A stretch of DNA of 59,358 nt from a bacterium CG_4_10_14_0_2_um_filter_33_32 (GTDB taxonomy: Bacteria; Patescibacteriota; CPR2_A; CG2-30-33-46). Under the pieces are notes generated by a model. That model was not told the origin of the DNA. It saw only the letters and a program-made list of their open reading frames with translations, and did no database searches. Below are positions 47,643-58,100 of the stretch, in pieces (position 1 is the stretch's first letter; each line of letters starts with the position of its first letter). Position numbers and translations under genes: made by a program. The DNA is taken from the NCBI GenBank assembly GCA_002792735.1, contig PFOW01000058.1, positions 1 to 59,358 of the forward strand. Reading direction: 5' to 3'.

Positions 47643-48839
47643 ATGAAGATTAGAGACGTTTTTGCTCTATCAACAGGAAATTTAAGAAGAAATAGGATGC
47701 GTAGTGTTCTTACTATAACGGGTGTAACCATTGGTATAGCTGCTATTGTTTTTCTAGTATCTTTAGGTTTTGGCCTGCAGAATCTCTCTATTAAAAAAAT
47801 TACTTCCTTAGATGCTTTAACAACTATTACTGTGTCTCCGGGTAATAATGCCCAAACTAAACTTAATGAAGAGACTGTTAATAAATTTAAAGGTATTAAG
47901 GGTGTTTCTAATGTAAGCACTACTTTTTCGGTACCTAGCCAGATATCTTATAATAATAAAACCACTGATTCTGTAACGTATGGGTTAAATCCAGAATATA
48001 TCGATATAGAAGGATTGAAAATAAAAGAGGGAAAAAGCTTTTCATCAAATGATGCAAAAGAAGTGATTGTTTCACAATCAATATTAAAAGTTTTTGATGT
48101 TAAAGATTATAAGAGTGTTTTAGGCCAAGACTTGGAAGTAAATTTTATAGTGTTAGATGATGAAGGTAATATTAAAAAAATAGATGAATCTTTGTCAAAG
48201 CAGAAGCTTAAGATAGTTGGTTTTGTTGAAGAAGAGAAAAATAACGTTTATATTTCTATTGATCACTTAAAACCATTAGGGCTTAAACTTTATAATAGAA
48301 CAAAAGTAAAAGTTAATGATAAGGCAGATTTAGAGTCGATTAGAAGTCAGATAGATGCCTTAGGTTTTACCACAATTTCAGTAAAGGATACTATAAATCA
48401 AATTGATAAAGTTTTCTTAATCGTAAAAATCATCCTTGGTGCATTTGGGATGATAGCGCTTTTAGTCGCTTCAATAGGTATTTTTAATACCATGACTATA
48501 GCTTTATTAGAAAGAACCCATGAGATTGGTGTTATGAAAGCTATAGGTGCAACTGATAAAGACATCAAATGGACTTTTATATCAGAAGTTTCTGTAATTG
48601 GTCTTCTAGGAGGTATCTTAGGAGTTATATCGGGCATAATAGGTGGTTATATTATAAATTGGTTAGTGAATTCTTTAGCAAAAGCGTTGGGTGGAGAACC
48701 TAATACTCTTTTTTATACTCCAATAGAATTTATTCTAATAGCTATCGGTTTTTCGTTCTTTGTTAGTACATTGGCAGGGTTTTATCCTGCAAAAAGAGCC
48801 TCTAAACTAAGCCCTATAGAGGCATTAAGGTATGAATAG
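47643..48839 (+). CDS. MacB/FtsX-family ABC permease
   Basis: RSVLTITGVTIGI, ERTHEIGVMKAIGA, PAKRASKLSPIEALRYE. Confidence 0.93.
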   Translation: MKIRDVFALSTGNLRRNRMRSVLTITGVTIGIAAIVFLVSLGFGLQNLSIKKITSLDALTTITVSPGNNAQTKLNEETVNKFKGIKGVSNVSTTFSVPSQISYNNKTTDSVTYGLNPEYIDIEGLKIKEGKSFSSNDAKEVIVSQSILKVFDVKDYKSVLGQDLEVNFIVLDDEGNIKKIDESLSKQKLKIVGFVEEEKNNVYISIDHLKPLGLKLYNRTKVKVNDKADLESIRSQIDALGFTTISVKDTINQIDKVFLIVKIILGAFGMIALLVASIGIFNTMTIALLERTHEIGVMKAIGATDKDIKWTFISEVSVIGLLGGILGVISGIIGGYIINWLVNSLAKALGGEPNTLFYTPIEFILIAIGFSFFVSTLAGFYPAKRASKLSPIEALRYE

Positions 48840-48857
48840 TAGGCTAAGAAGCCCCGA

Positions 48858-49172
48858 TTATTTTAATATATAATTAGATACTTTAGAAATCGAGTTTGTG
48901 CTATTCAAGTAATAATAGATTCCAAAGATTATTAGGAATACAAGAGTAGATAAAATAATTGTCTTTTTTATATCTTTTTTAATAAATCGGTGTATTTTGT
49001 CTTCTTCTAATATCTCAGCGGTTGTAGCAGTGGTTGCTGGCGTTGTTTCTGATGATAATTCTTCTTTGTTTAAGGATTCATTAAATGTATGCGTCTGAAT
49101 CTGGTTTTCGAGGTGTTGTTGCATTAGTTGTTTGAACTGTTTTTTTAGTTTTTTATTCTTCTTTTTTCTCAT
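48858..49172 (-). CDS. hypothetical membrane protein
   Basis: Basic N-terminus, one C-terminal TM segment. Confidence 0.6.
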   Translation of the reverse strand: MRKKKNKKLKKQFKQLMQQHLENQIQTHTFNESLNKEELSSETTPATTATTAEILEEDKIHRFIKKDIKKTIILSTLVFLIIFGIYYYLNSTNSISKVSNYILK

Positions 49173-49231
49173 TGGCTTTTGTTTCCTTTTAATTTATAAT
49201 ATTATATTATATCATCCTATAAAAGACTTTT

Positions 49232-49720
49232 ATGGAAACAAACATTTTATTTATTATTATTGCTATTTTATCTATTTTTATAATCTCGCTTCAAATACAA
49301 GTGCTATTTCTTAGAAGAAGGATAAGAGATCTCTTTGGCAAAGAAAAAGGCAAGGATATTGAACAGGTACTTAATGATTATGTTAAAGGAGTCAGCCATT
49401 ATTTTGAAGATGTGGAAGAATTAAAAAAATTCTCCCAAAAGTTGTTTCATCTAGTAAGTAAGAGTATCCAAAAGATAGGTTTTATAAGATTTAATCCTTT
49501 TGATGATGTAGGTGGAGATCAAAGTTTCTCAATAGCGCTTTTAGATTTAAATAATGACGGTATTTTGATTTCCAGTTTGTTTGGCAGAGACGGTACAAGA
49601 GTGTATAGCAAGCCAATCACCAGCGGTAAATCAAAATACTTTTTGTCTCATGAAGAAGAAAAGGCCTTGGAAGAGGCAATAAAAAATAATAGGAGTTTAG
49701 ATGTTTCGCAAAAAAAATGA
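49232..49720 (+). CDS. DUF4446-like membrane protein
   Basis: RFNPFDDVGGDQSFSIALLD, YSKP, LSHEE. Confidence 0.8.
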   Translation: METNILFIIIAILSIFIISLQIQVLFLRRRIRDLFGKEKGKDIEQVLNDYVKGVSHYFEDVEELKKFSQKLFHLVSKSIQKIGFIRFNPFDDVGGDQSFSIALLDLNNDGILISSLFGRDGTRVYSKPITSGKSKYFLSHEEEKALEEAIKNNRSLDVSQKK

Positions 49721-50141
49721 ACTAAGCAATGAGATTGAAACGATCGTTGGGCCATCCGTTGCCTTAAAAGGAAATTTACACAGTGATGGTAATATAATTG
49801 TTAAAGGTGTAGTTTCAGGGGAAATCAAAACGCAAGGTGATATTTTAGTAGATGAAGGAGCTGAGATTAAAGCTTCAGTCTCAGCAACGAATATTAAAAT
49901 TGCTGGTACAGTTAATGGTGATCTTGTCTCAGACGGTGAGATAGAAATTACAGAAACAGGTAAAGTAATAGGTAATATTAATTCCTCAGCGCTTATAATC
50001 AGAGTAGGAGCAGTATTCATCGGTAAGAGCGTTATGGAATTAAATGAAGATAATGTAAATAAAGCAAAAGAAGATCAAGAAGAGAAAGAAGAACAAGAAG
50101 AAGAGGGAAACATAGAACCAGAGCCCGAAATAGAAGAATAG
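49701..50141 (+). CDS. bactofilin (polymer-forming cytoskeletal protein)
   Basis: TIVGPSVALKGNL..G.V.G beta-helix repeats, GAVFIG. Confidence 0.88.
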   Translation: MFRKKNELSNEIETIVGPSVALKGNLHSDGNIIVKGVVSGEIKTQGDILVDEGAEIKASVSATNIKIAGTVNGDLVSDGEIEITETGKVIGNINSSALIIRVGAVFIGKSVMELNEDNVNKAKEDQEEKEEQEEEGNIEPEPEIEE

Positions 50142-50244
50142 CCACCACGCCTTTTGAGCGGCATCTATGACTTTGAATGCTATACAATCAACTAATTATG
50201 ATTTACAACCAAGCAACATGTACCCTAGAAGGTGAGGGGTAAAA

Positions 50245-51099
50245 ATGTATTATTATATAATAAATCCCGCTGCAGGTGGCGGTAAGATAAATAAGATACA
50301 AACAAGACTTAAAGCCCTACTTAAAGAAAAAAGGATAGATGGGGATTTTGCTAAAAGTATTGGTAAGGGTGACGCTTCAAAGATTACAAAGATAGCGATT
50401 AGACAAGGTTTTAAGACTATTATCGCCGTAGGCGGAGATAGTACAGTATTAGAGGTTGTGAATGGAATTATTGATAATTCTGATATTGCGTTAGGCATTC
50501 TTCCAATAGGTTCTACAAACGTTATAGCCAGACTTTTCGGCATTAATGATTGGGTTGAGACGACTGATATTCTAGCTCAAAGAAAATTAGAAAAAATAAA
50601 CTTGGGTCAAGTTAATAACTCTTTTTTTATAAATTCAGTACAGTTGGGGATTGAAAATGAATTGTCACAAGAGAGGAAAGACATATCTCCTTTAAATAAT
50701 CTGTTATTTAAAGGAAAAGTTATGCGTAAAATACTGCAATTTAAATCTTTTTTTGCAAGATTGGATTTTGAAGAAGGATTTTCTGTAAGCTCAGATATTT
50801 TTAATATCTCTGTAATTAATGGAGGAAAGGATTATAATTCTGATAAATTACAAGTTATTTTGGTACCTAATCAGTCTAAGTTCAATCTGCTTAAGAAACT
50901 TTCCAAAGTTACCGCTTCTTCGTATGTAGATTTATCTTTTGTAAGTAAATTTCAGACTAAGAAGGTTTCTATCACAACCAAGAAACCTAAGCAAATTTTT
51001 GCAGATAATGAATATATAGGTATGACGCCAATGGATATTTCTACTACCTCAAAGAAAATTAAGATTATAGTAAATAAACAAAATATAAGTAGATATTGA
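50245..51099 (+). CDS. diacylglycerol kinase-family protein
   Basis: IINPAAG, AVGGDST, PIGSTN. Confidence 0.8.
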   Translation: MYYYIINPAAGGGKINKIQTRLKALLKEKRIDGDFAKSIGKGDASKITKIAIRQGFKTIIAVGGDSTVLEVVNGIIDNSDIALGILPIGSTNVIARLFGINDWVETTDILAQRKLEKINLGQVNNSFFINSVQLGIENELSQERKDISPLNNLLFKGKVMRKILQFKSFFARLDFEEGFSVSSDIFNISVINGGKDYNSDKLQVILVPNQSKFNLLKKLSKVTASSYVDLSFVSKFQTKKVSITTKKPKQIFADNEYIGMTPMDISTTSKKIKIIVNKQNISRY

Positions 51100-51144
51100 T
51101 TAACTTTCAATTTAAAGCTATTATATTAAAGGAAGGAGAAAAAA

Positions 51145-51651
51145 ATAGTTAAGAAATTTCGTATTAACAAAGAAATTAGATTTTCCCCCCTCAGGGTTAT
51201 AGATGCTGACGGAACTCAACTAGGGGTATTATCAAAAGAAGAGGCTTTTTCAAGGGCTGAAGAATATGGTTTAGATTTGGTAGAAGTTTCTCCCAATGCT
51301 CGTCCTCCCGTTGTTAAGATAATGGATTTTGGTAAATTTAAGTATGAACAGGCAAAAGCAGAAAAAAAGCATAATCAAAAGCAAAAGACAGGAGAGCTTA
51401 AAGAAATCAGGTTTGGATTAAAAATAGGTACCCATGATTTAGATATAAAGCTGAGACGAGCAGAAGAATTTTTTAAAGATAATAATAAAGTTCAAATTAT
51501 TTTAAGATTTAAAGGTCGAGAGATAACTCATAAAGAGTTGGGTTTCGAGCTTTTAAAAAAATTTATTGATAGATTAAACGAAATTAGCAAACTAGAAGGA
51601 GGTATTAAGAGTCAGGGTATGTCTATAACTGCCCTTCTAGTACCGAAATAA
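51145..51651 (+). CDS. infC: translation initiation factor IF-3 (ATA start)
   Basis: AGGAG RBS then in-frame ATA GTT AAG..RINKEI..RVID; LVEVSPNARPPV, KEIRF, RFKGRE. Confidence 0.95.
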   Translation: MVKKFRINKEIRFSPLRVIDADGTQLGVLSKEEAFSRAEEYGLDLVEVSPNARPPVVKIMDFGKFKYEQAKAEKKHNQKQKTGELKEIRFGLKIGTHDLDIKLRRAEEFFKDNNKVQIILRFKGREITHKELGFELLKKFIDRLNEISKLEGGIKSQGMSITALLVPK

Positions 51652-51655
51652 AATT

Positions 51656-51853
51656 ATGGTAAAAATGAAAACCCACAAGGGTACACAAAAGAGAATAAAG
51701 GTTACAAAAACAGGAAAGCTTAAAAGAAGAAGAGCTTATCGAAGTCATTTGTTAGAGAAAAAAAGTCCTAAGAGAAAGTCGAAATACTCAAAATCTTTTG
51801 CGGTTAGCTCCGCTGACGAAAAAAATGTTAAGAAATTACTTCCAAGTAGGTAA
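51656..51853 (+). CDS. rpmI: 50S ribosomal protein L35
   Basis: KMKTHKG..KR.KVT.TGK, HLLEKK. Confidence 0.95.
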   Translation: MVKMKTHKGTQKRIKVTKTGKLKRRRAYRSHLLEKKSPKRKSKYSKSFAVSSADEKNVKKLLPSR

Positions 51854-51889
51854 TTTTATAGCTATATTGTATTTGGAAAGGAGAATAAG

Positions 51890-52237
51890 TTGGTTAGGGT
51901 AAAAAGGGGCAAAATAACAAGACAAAAACATAAGAAAGTTTTAAAAGCGACAAAAGGCATGAAGGGCGTTAGGCGTTCTTCAATAAAGAAAGCCAAAGAA
52001 GCGGTTATTAAAGCTTTATCTTATTCATATAGAGACAGAAGGGCTAAAAAGAGGGATTTCCGCAAGCTATGGATTATTCGTCTTAATAATGCTTTGGCCG
52101 AAAAAGGAATTTCATACTCTAAATTTATAAACCAGCTTAAAGTTAAAAATATTCAGATTGATCGTAAAACGTTATCTGATCTTGCGGTCAATGATTCCGA
52201 GGTTTTTAACAAGTTAGTCGATGAGGTTAAAAAATGA
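51890..52237 (+). CDS. rplT: 50S ribosomal protein L20
   Basis: RVKRG, YRDRR..KRDFRKLWI, DRKTLSDLA. Confidence 0.97.
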   Translation: MVRVKRGKITRQKHKKVLKATKGMKGVRRSSIKKAKEAVIKALSYSYRDRRAKKRDFRKLWIIRLNNALAEKGISYSKFINQLKVKNIQIDRKTLSDLAVNDSEVFNKLVDEVKK

Positions 52238-52431
52238 TTCTTTATGAATATCAATGTAAAAAATGCGAATGTATATTTCAACAATTTTCTAATTCAGAAG
52301 ACCGTGATAAGGTAATTTGTCCTAGTTGTAATTCTAAGGATACTAAGAGACTTATGGCTACTGTTGCCACTAAAGGATCTGGTGGTTGTTGTCAGAGTGG
52401 GGGTGGTTGCTGTGGGTGTAATGGCTGTTAA
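52234..52431 (+). CDS. FmdB-family zinc ribbon protein
   Basis: YEYQCKKC..CPSC and Cys/Gly-rich tail. Confidence 0.8.
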   Translation: MILYEYQCKKCECIFQQFSNSEDRDKVICPSCNSKDTKRLMATVATKGSGGCCQSGGGCCGCNGC

Positions 52432-52462
52432 TTAATTTTCTAGATAGGTTGTTATAGAATGT

Positions 52463-52492
52463 AAAAATTCTCGGTAAATGCCGAGCATTTTT
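52463..52492. terminator. terminator between convergent genes
   Basis: AAAAAT-TCTCGG-TAAATG-CCGAG-CATTTTT. Confidence 0.6.
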
Positions 52493-52497
52493 ATAAT

Positions 52498-52749
52498 TCA
52501 ATCAATTTTTTCAACAGGATTAATTACAGATAGTGTTCTATCCAGTCCTGGTTTTAAGAATTCATCTATTCGTTCATATTCTTTTGTTTCAATAATGTAA
52601 TAAACAGTGTGTTCACCACTTGAATAATATGTTTTTTTAAGTTTAAAATCAGGGATTTCTTCGGGGTTTTTGAAAAGCATTGCGATGCCGCCCTCTTCTT
52701 CTGAAGGCATAGACTCGGGTGCGTGTGTTTGCGTTATTAAAAAAATCAT
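52498..52749 (-). CDS. small hypothetical protein (DUF3303/GYD-like)
   Basis: GGAGG RBS; THAPE..EHTVYYIIE pattern. Confidence 0.6.
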   Translation of the reverse strand: MIFLITQTHAPESMPSEEEGGIAMLFKNPEEIPDFKLKKTYYSSGEHTVYYIIETKEYERIDEFLKPGLDRTLSVINPVEKID

Positions 52750-52806
52750 GATGGACCTCCTTATTCAATTTTACAAGAAGGATAATTTTTATCTACGGTA
52801 TTTTTG

Positions 52807-54900
52807 CTAATGATTTTTATTAGAATATGTAAGATAGAAGAAAAGATCGGTTGACAGAATTCCGTTAAAGCTTTCTTGTTTTTTTTCTATATTACCGCCA
52901 AAACTCCTAGTAACCATTCCATCGGGTATTTTGATTATGGTTTTCAGTTTAGAACCTAAGCTACCTGGTTGTTTTTGGGTGATAAGAGAATATTTTGCAA
53001 TGTTATTATCAGGATTAATTTTAAAAGGTAATTCATATGATATTTGCGCGGTTTTTTTCTCTTTTGGTGCGAGAGAAAATTCTGATCCAAAAACTGTTTT
53101 ACCATCTTCATTATAAATATCAATTTTATTTTCAAATCCTTCTGCTTTTATTAGCCTGCTACCATTGGGCGTATATATTTTTATATAATTTTTATTGATT
53201 CCAACAAGCCACATTTCTCTTTTGGCCCAAGGGTCATAGTATTTATACAGATAATCGGAAGTATGCTCTCTTGTTATCGTTAAATTTTTAATTATTGATC
53301 CATCTTCTTTTATTATTATTTCTTGTTGAAGATCCTCGTTAACTTTTAAACTACTTTTGCCTCCACCAAAATTGTTATTAACAACCATAAGGAAGTCATC
53401 ATTAGGCTTATTATCTATTTTTCCTGTCCAATTTAAAGCATCGGCAATTTTTTGAATTTCGTTATCCGTAGAATATATAAGCATATGTTTTTCATCTATC
53501 ATTTCTAGCATTGAGAACAACAGCTGCTTTGTTTCTTGTGTATTTAATGAGGATATTTTTGTTACTAATTTATCTTTTATATTGCCAAGTATAGTTTTTG
53601 GATTTTTACTATCCTGTTTATCTTTTCCGGCTTCAACTTCTATTTGTAGAGTTTCCAGAAGGTTGCCGCTATTAATAGTGATTCCGTAATCGTCTAATTT
53701 AATCGGACCCGTTATTTTTAATATTTTTTCAAGTACAGTGGGGGTTACGGATATTATTCCATCTATTCTTTCCGGATATTTATTATTTTCAGCATATTTA
53801 GTTTCTGTTTTATAAAAACTTATTATGTTTTTAGCGGTTTTGGAAAAATCTGGATCTAAATTTGAATCCCTTAGAGCCCAATTACCGGTTGATGCGGGGT
53901 TCATAGGCAAAGGAGGCGCTACATAAATGGCTTTACCTGCTGCTACTGCTTTTGAGTATGGATTGTCTAATTTATAAATATCATCTACGTAAAAGTCTTT
54001 AATTTCAGCATCTTTCATTTTTAGAATACCAAAACTCCCAATAAATCCGCCCGTACCTCTCATTTCATTATTATTCTGAAATATTAACAAATAATTTTTT
54101 TCTTGGGCTAAGCCAGTGATCGTGGGCAGCTGTAAACTTAATTGGTTTCCCAGTGCGACATATTTCTTTATTTTCGGAAAAACGACTTTCATTTTTTCGA
54201 CTTTCGGAGCAATATTATTATCCAGTATATTTGTATCTATTTTAGATAAAGATATATCTATTTTATCCAATTCCTGCATTATTTGCGGCAGCCGACTTTC
54301 TATTTTGTAAATTGTTTCCTTGGGGTCATTTTTTGAATTAGGATTTTGTCTGGCAAAATCTGTAACTTCAATTCCGATCTTAGAAATATTCTTCCCTATT
54401 ATTATCATATTTTCTGCATTTTTTTCATACTTTGACGCAAAAGGAATTACCGAAGCCGGGGCAGTGATAAGTTTTGCTTTGGAGAATTTATTATCAGCAT
54501 TATTAAATTCTTCAAGAGATTTTTTAAAGTACAGAGATGATTTTTCTAAATCAAATGAAGACAAATTATTCTTTGCCAATTTTAAATACCGCATTCCTTT
54601 ATAGCCAGAAGACATAACACTATCTTTGAATCTATAGATTTCAGAAGCTATTGATAGTGAGATAATGATGAAGGTTGCGGATAATATTAATATCGAAAAT
54701 AACCCAAGATTAAAGACTATTTTATTAATAAAATTATGTTTTGTAATAAAATCGGCTAATTCGTGAGTTTTGGCATGAGAATATATTACAGAATCAACTG
54801 CGTATGGAGTTTCAGTTGGGTTGTTTCTTCTAAATTTTTCCCCAAGTGATTCCTTTTGATGGTCTAGGGGGTCAATTTTTCTAGGAATTATGTCTTTCAT
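52807..54900 (-). CDS. DUF4012-like membrane-anchored protein
   Basis: YLLIFQNNNEMRGTGGFIGS, RDSNLDPDF, QKQPG. Confidence 0.85.
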   Translation of the reverse strand: MKDIIPRKIDPLDHQKESLGEKFRRNNPTETPYAVDSVIYSHAKTHELADFITKHNFINKIVFNLGLFSILILSATFIIISLSIASEIYRFKDSVMSSGYKGMRYLKLAKNNLSSFDLEKSSLYFKKSLEEFNNADNKFSKAKLITAPASVIPFASKYEKNAENMIIIGKNISKIGIEVTDFARQNPNSKNDPKETIYKIESRLPQIMQELDKIDISLSKIDTNILDNNIAPKVEKMKVVFPKIKKYVALGNQLSLQLPTITGLAQEKNYLLIFQNNNEMRGTGGFIGSFGILKMKDAEIKDFYVDDIYKLDNPYSKAVAAGKAIYVAPPLPMNPASTGNWALRDSNLDPDFSKTAKNIISFYKTETKYAENNKYPERIDGIISVTPTVLEKILKITGPIKLDDYGITINSGNLLETLQIEVEAGKDKQDSKNPKTILGNIKDKLVTKISSLNTQETKQLLFSMLEMIDEKHMLIYSTDNEIQKIADALNWTGKIDNKPNDDFLMVVNNNFGGGKSSLKVNEDLQQEIIIKEDGSIIKNLTITREHTSDYLYKYYDPWAKREMWLVGINKNYIKIYTPNGSRLIKAEGFENKIDIYNEDGKTVFGSEFSLAPKEKKTAQISYELPFKINPDNNIAKYSLITQKQPGSLGSKLKTIIKIPDGMVTRSFGGNIEKKQESFNGILSTDLFFYLTYSNKNH

Positions 54901-56011
54901 CTAAAAACCCTTTATATCTTTCAAAAACAAAATTTTCTATTTTTTCTTTAAAATTGTTTTTACTAAATTTTGTGGCATTGTTTCTTATCATTGATGGATC
55001 GAAATTTGTTTTTTCAAATTCTCTGATAGTAGAGATCAATGACTCAGCAGTTTGTTCATCAAATAATAATCCGGAAACTTTTGGTGCTACAGTTTCTTTT
55101 GCGCCACCTTTGTTATAAGCGATAACGGGTCTACCTGAAGCCATGGATTCTACCGGTGTTATACCAAAGTCCTCTTCGGTGGGGAATATAAAAGCCTTAG
55201 CGTTAGAATATAGTTCTCTTAGTCGGTTATCGCTGACCCTGCCTAAAAATTCAATATTATCATTAGCAATATTTTTTAAATCATTCTCGATTGATCCGGT
55301 ACCCGCAATCTTAAGTGGTAACTTAAGTTTATTAAAGGCCTCAATAACAAGATCTATCTTTTTGTAAGGTATTAGTCTGCTGCATATAAAATAATAATCC
55401 TGAACATTATTTGAAATATTGAAGAAATCAGTATTAATAGGAGGATATATAACTTCTGAATCTGCTCGATAGTATTTTTTAATCCTTTTTGCTGTATTTT
55501 GTGAGTTAGCGATCCACAAATCAACCCTATCTGCGGCTAATCGATCCCACATTCTTAAGTTATAGGCAATTTTTGGCATCCGCCACCTTATAAGAGGGTT
55601 CAATATACCAAATTCCATTTGATTTAGGTATTCATGATAATGACTCCAAAGATATCTTGTGGGCGTATGGCAATAACATATATGGAGTGTTTCTGGTTTG
55701 GTGATAACTCCTTTTGATGATGCATGGGAGCTTGATATAATTATGTCAAAATCAGACAAATCGAATTCTTCAAAGGCTTTACCCATAAAAGGAAACAACA
55801 GTTGATGTTTAGCAATCGGAAATTTTTGCAGGGAAGACGTGTAAACTTTGCGATTTTTGAATATTTCTGGAAATTTTTCGGGTTTGTATAAAGATGTAAA
55901 TATAGGTGCTTCCGGGAATACTTCCAAAAGAGCCATCACAACCTGTTCTGCGCCTGCAAAATTGGTTAGCCAATCATGAACTATTGCTATTTTAGGTTTG
56001 CTAGTATGCAC
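54881..56011 (-). CDS. glycosyltransferase family 4
   Basis: HDWL..GAE, YCHTPTRY, EDFGITPVESMASG. Confidence 0.92.
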   Translation of the reverse strand: MHTSKPKIAIVHDWLTNFAGAEQVVMALLEVFPEAPIFTSLYKPEKFPEIFKNRKVYTSSLQKFPIAKHQLLFPFMGKAFEEFDLSDFDIIISSSHASSKGVITKPETLHICYCHTPTRYLWSHYHEYLNQMEFGILNPLIRWRMPKIAYNLRMWDRLAADRVDLWIANSQNTAKRIKKYYRADSEVIYPPINTDFFNISNNVQDYYFICSRLIPYKKIDLVIEAFNKLKLPLKIAGTGSIENDLKNIANDNIEFLGRVSDNRLRELYSNAKAFIFPTEEDFGITPVESMASGRPVIAYNKGGAKETVAPKVSGLLFDEQTAESLISTIREFEKTNFDPSMIRNNATKFSKNNFKEKIENFVFERYKGFLDERHNS

Positions 56012-57455
56012 TTTTTACCTTAAAGAAGACCAATAAAGTTTTAAATAATATTTTTATATCCAAAAAAAGTGACCAATTCTCAATATAGTATATATCCAAC
56101 TTGGCTCTTTCTGAATAAGTTAAATCATTTCTGCCGCTTATCTGCCATAGTCCAGTCATGCCAGGTTTTAGTATAAGTCTTTGTTGTTTATTGCTGCCAT
56201 ATTTTTCTATTTCTTCTTCAACGACAGGTCTTGGTCCAACCAAACTCATTTCACCCTTTAAGACGTTGATTAGCTGCGGTAATTCATCTAAGCTGGTTTT
56301 TCTAAGGAATGTTCCAATAGATGTAACCCTTGGGTCATCTTTTAATTTAAAGTCTTTTGTGAACTCTTCTTTTTTATCTGGATCACTCATTAGCTTTTGG
56401 AAATATTCTTCGGCCTGTTTTCCTCCATATCCATCGCCCCGGCAGTATTCTATTTTCATCGTTCTAAATTTATATAGATAGAAGTTTTTGCCAAAACGTC
56501 CAAGTCGTTTATGCTTATAAAGCAAAGGACCGTTAGAGCTGATTTTTACTAGTAAAATAACAATTATTAAAATTGGGGAGAAAATTATTAAGGTCATCAA
56601 GGATCCAATAATATCCATCAATCTTTTTATTATTCTTCCCCATCCTTCTAGTGGAGTTTTTTTAAGTTCAACTATAGGTATGCCCGCTAAGATATTAACT
56701 GAAGTGTTAGTTGTGTAAACTCCAAATAAACTTGGAGCAAACTTAAAATCAATTTTATATTGATCACTTAAGCTAATCATTTCAGCTACGTTAGAAGGTG
56801 AAAGTTGGGGGTTGGCTTGTATAATTTCATCTACGTTTCTTTTTCTAGCTAATTCTGGGAGCATATCCTCGCTGCCTATTACTTTATAGCCTAAAAAATC
56901 TTCGCCAATTTTTCTTTTATCTAAAATGCCTATAATGTTGTAGCCTAGATAGGGTTTTCTTTTTATTTCGGAAAGGATTAGTTGACTAATTCTGTTGGCC
57001 CCGATAACTACAGTGTTTTGTACGCCGACACCAAACTTGAAAAGATATCTTTGTAATTCTCTAAGCAACTGCCTTGAAATAGATACAGCAACAATAGCAA
57101 TAGCCCAAGCATATATAGGAATAGATTTTGCAGGAAAAATATGCTGTGTTTTAACGAAATCTAGAATAATAATCATCATAACACCTGTAGAAACTGCTAG
57201 GAATATTTTTTTAAGTTCATCGATCCTGCTTTCTGGTTTTTTGATATTGTACAGGCCTGCAAAAAAGAAAATAATTATTCCTATAGTGGATAAGGTTAGT
57301 ACAAGTTTAATGTATGCTATTGCGGTGGTGGGGTTAGCAAGTGGTCTTATATCGATATTTGTTCTAATATGATAAGCCAATAGGAAAGAGAGGGATAGAA
57401 CAATAAAATCTATACCCAGTGCCATAATGCTAAAAATTAGACGTGATTTTTTCAT
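56001..57455 (-). CDS. polyprenyl-phosphate sugar phosphotransferase (WcaJ/WbaP family)
   Basis: KFRTM, DDPRVT, SLDELPQ, GPRP, PGMTGLWQ. Confidence 0.93.
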   Translation of the reverse strand: MKKSRLIFSIMALGIDFIVLSLSFLLAYHIRTNIDIRPLANPTTAIAYIKLVLTLSTIGIIIFFFAGLYNIKKPESRIDELKKIFLAVSTGVMMIIILDFVKTQHIFPAKSIPIYAWAIAIVAVSISRQLLRELQRYLFKFGVGVQNTVVIGANRISQLILSEIKRKPYLGYNIIGILDKRKIGEDFLGYKVIGSEDMLPELARKRNVDEIIQANPQLSPSNVAEMISLSDQYKIDFKFAPSLFGVYTTNTSVNILAGIPIVELKKTPLEGWGRIIKRLMDIIGSLMTLIIFSPILIIVILLVKISSNGPLLYKHKRLGRFGKNFYLYKFRTMKIEYCRGDGYGGKQAEEYFQKLMSDPDKKEEFTKDFKLKDDPRVTSIGTFLRKTSLDELPQLINVLKGEMSLVGPRPVVEEEIEKYGSNKQQRLILKPGMTGLWQISGRNDLTYSERAKLDIYYIENWSLFLDIKILFKTLLVFFKVKSAY

Positions 57456-57474
57456 GGGTAAGTTTATTTTAACC

Positions 57475-57565
57475 TAAACCCCGTTAGAAATCCATTTTTA
57501 GGTTTACGTTTAATAACATAGTAATAGAAGTTTTCTATCTCTAGGGTTTCTATTCATAATGGGGC
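57475..57565. repeat. degenerate copy B of the inverted-repeat element
   Basis: TAAACCCCGTTAGAAAT matches 16102-16118 at 15/17; shares GTAATAGAA..TTTCTA; right end degenerate. Confidence 0.5.
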
Positions 57566-57582
57566 AAAAACGGATTGAATTC

Positions 57583-57612
57583 AAAAGCCCCTCCAATATT
57601 AATCGGAGGGGC
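57583..57612 (-). terminator. terminator of rnpB
   Basis: Minus strand GCCCCTCC..GGAGGGGC-TTTT. Confidence 0.75.
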
Positions 57613-57615
57613 TAG

Positions 57616-58046
57616 CAGGCAGATCTATAAGCCGAGTTCTGTTCCCGATATTAATCGGGATGCAATCATCTATCTTGATTCTTCATTGCTGAAGAATTCT
57701 AGCAACCAGACCCTGTAAAAAATGCCGAGTAAACAATTTTCCTTAGAGCACCAATTTCATCTTTAGAATGATTTTGATTTCTTTAGGATTCTTACAAGGT
57801 CCACTGGTCTTGCACCGGATGGGGTTTACCATTCTGATAAGTCACCTTATCAGATAGAGGGGTCTTACTCCCTCACTTTTCACCCTTAGTCGCCTTAGGC
57901 GACCGGTATAGTCTCTGTGGCACTTTCCCTAGGCTTTTCCTTATATAAATCGGGATTACGCCCGGTTCCCGTTAGGAACCATCCCACTCTTTGGTGCTCG
58001 GACTTTCCTCCCCGATGTAACTCGGGGCGATTGCACGATCCACCTG
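57616..58046 (-). ncRNA. rnpB: RNase P RNA
   Basis: Minus strand GAGGAAAGTCC, AGTGCCACAGA, GGTAAACCCC, ACAGAACTCGGCTTA; P1 CAGGTGGATC/GATCTGCCTG. Confidence 0.95.
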
Positions 58047-58100
58047 GATCATTATGATATCATAAAGTGAAAGAAAATCAAGACAAAAAATATAGTACAT

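Noticed and set aside
50142..50244. Bactofilin-DAGK spacer as an ncRNA
   Set aside because: Only weak short hairpins, with no second copy or known motif.
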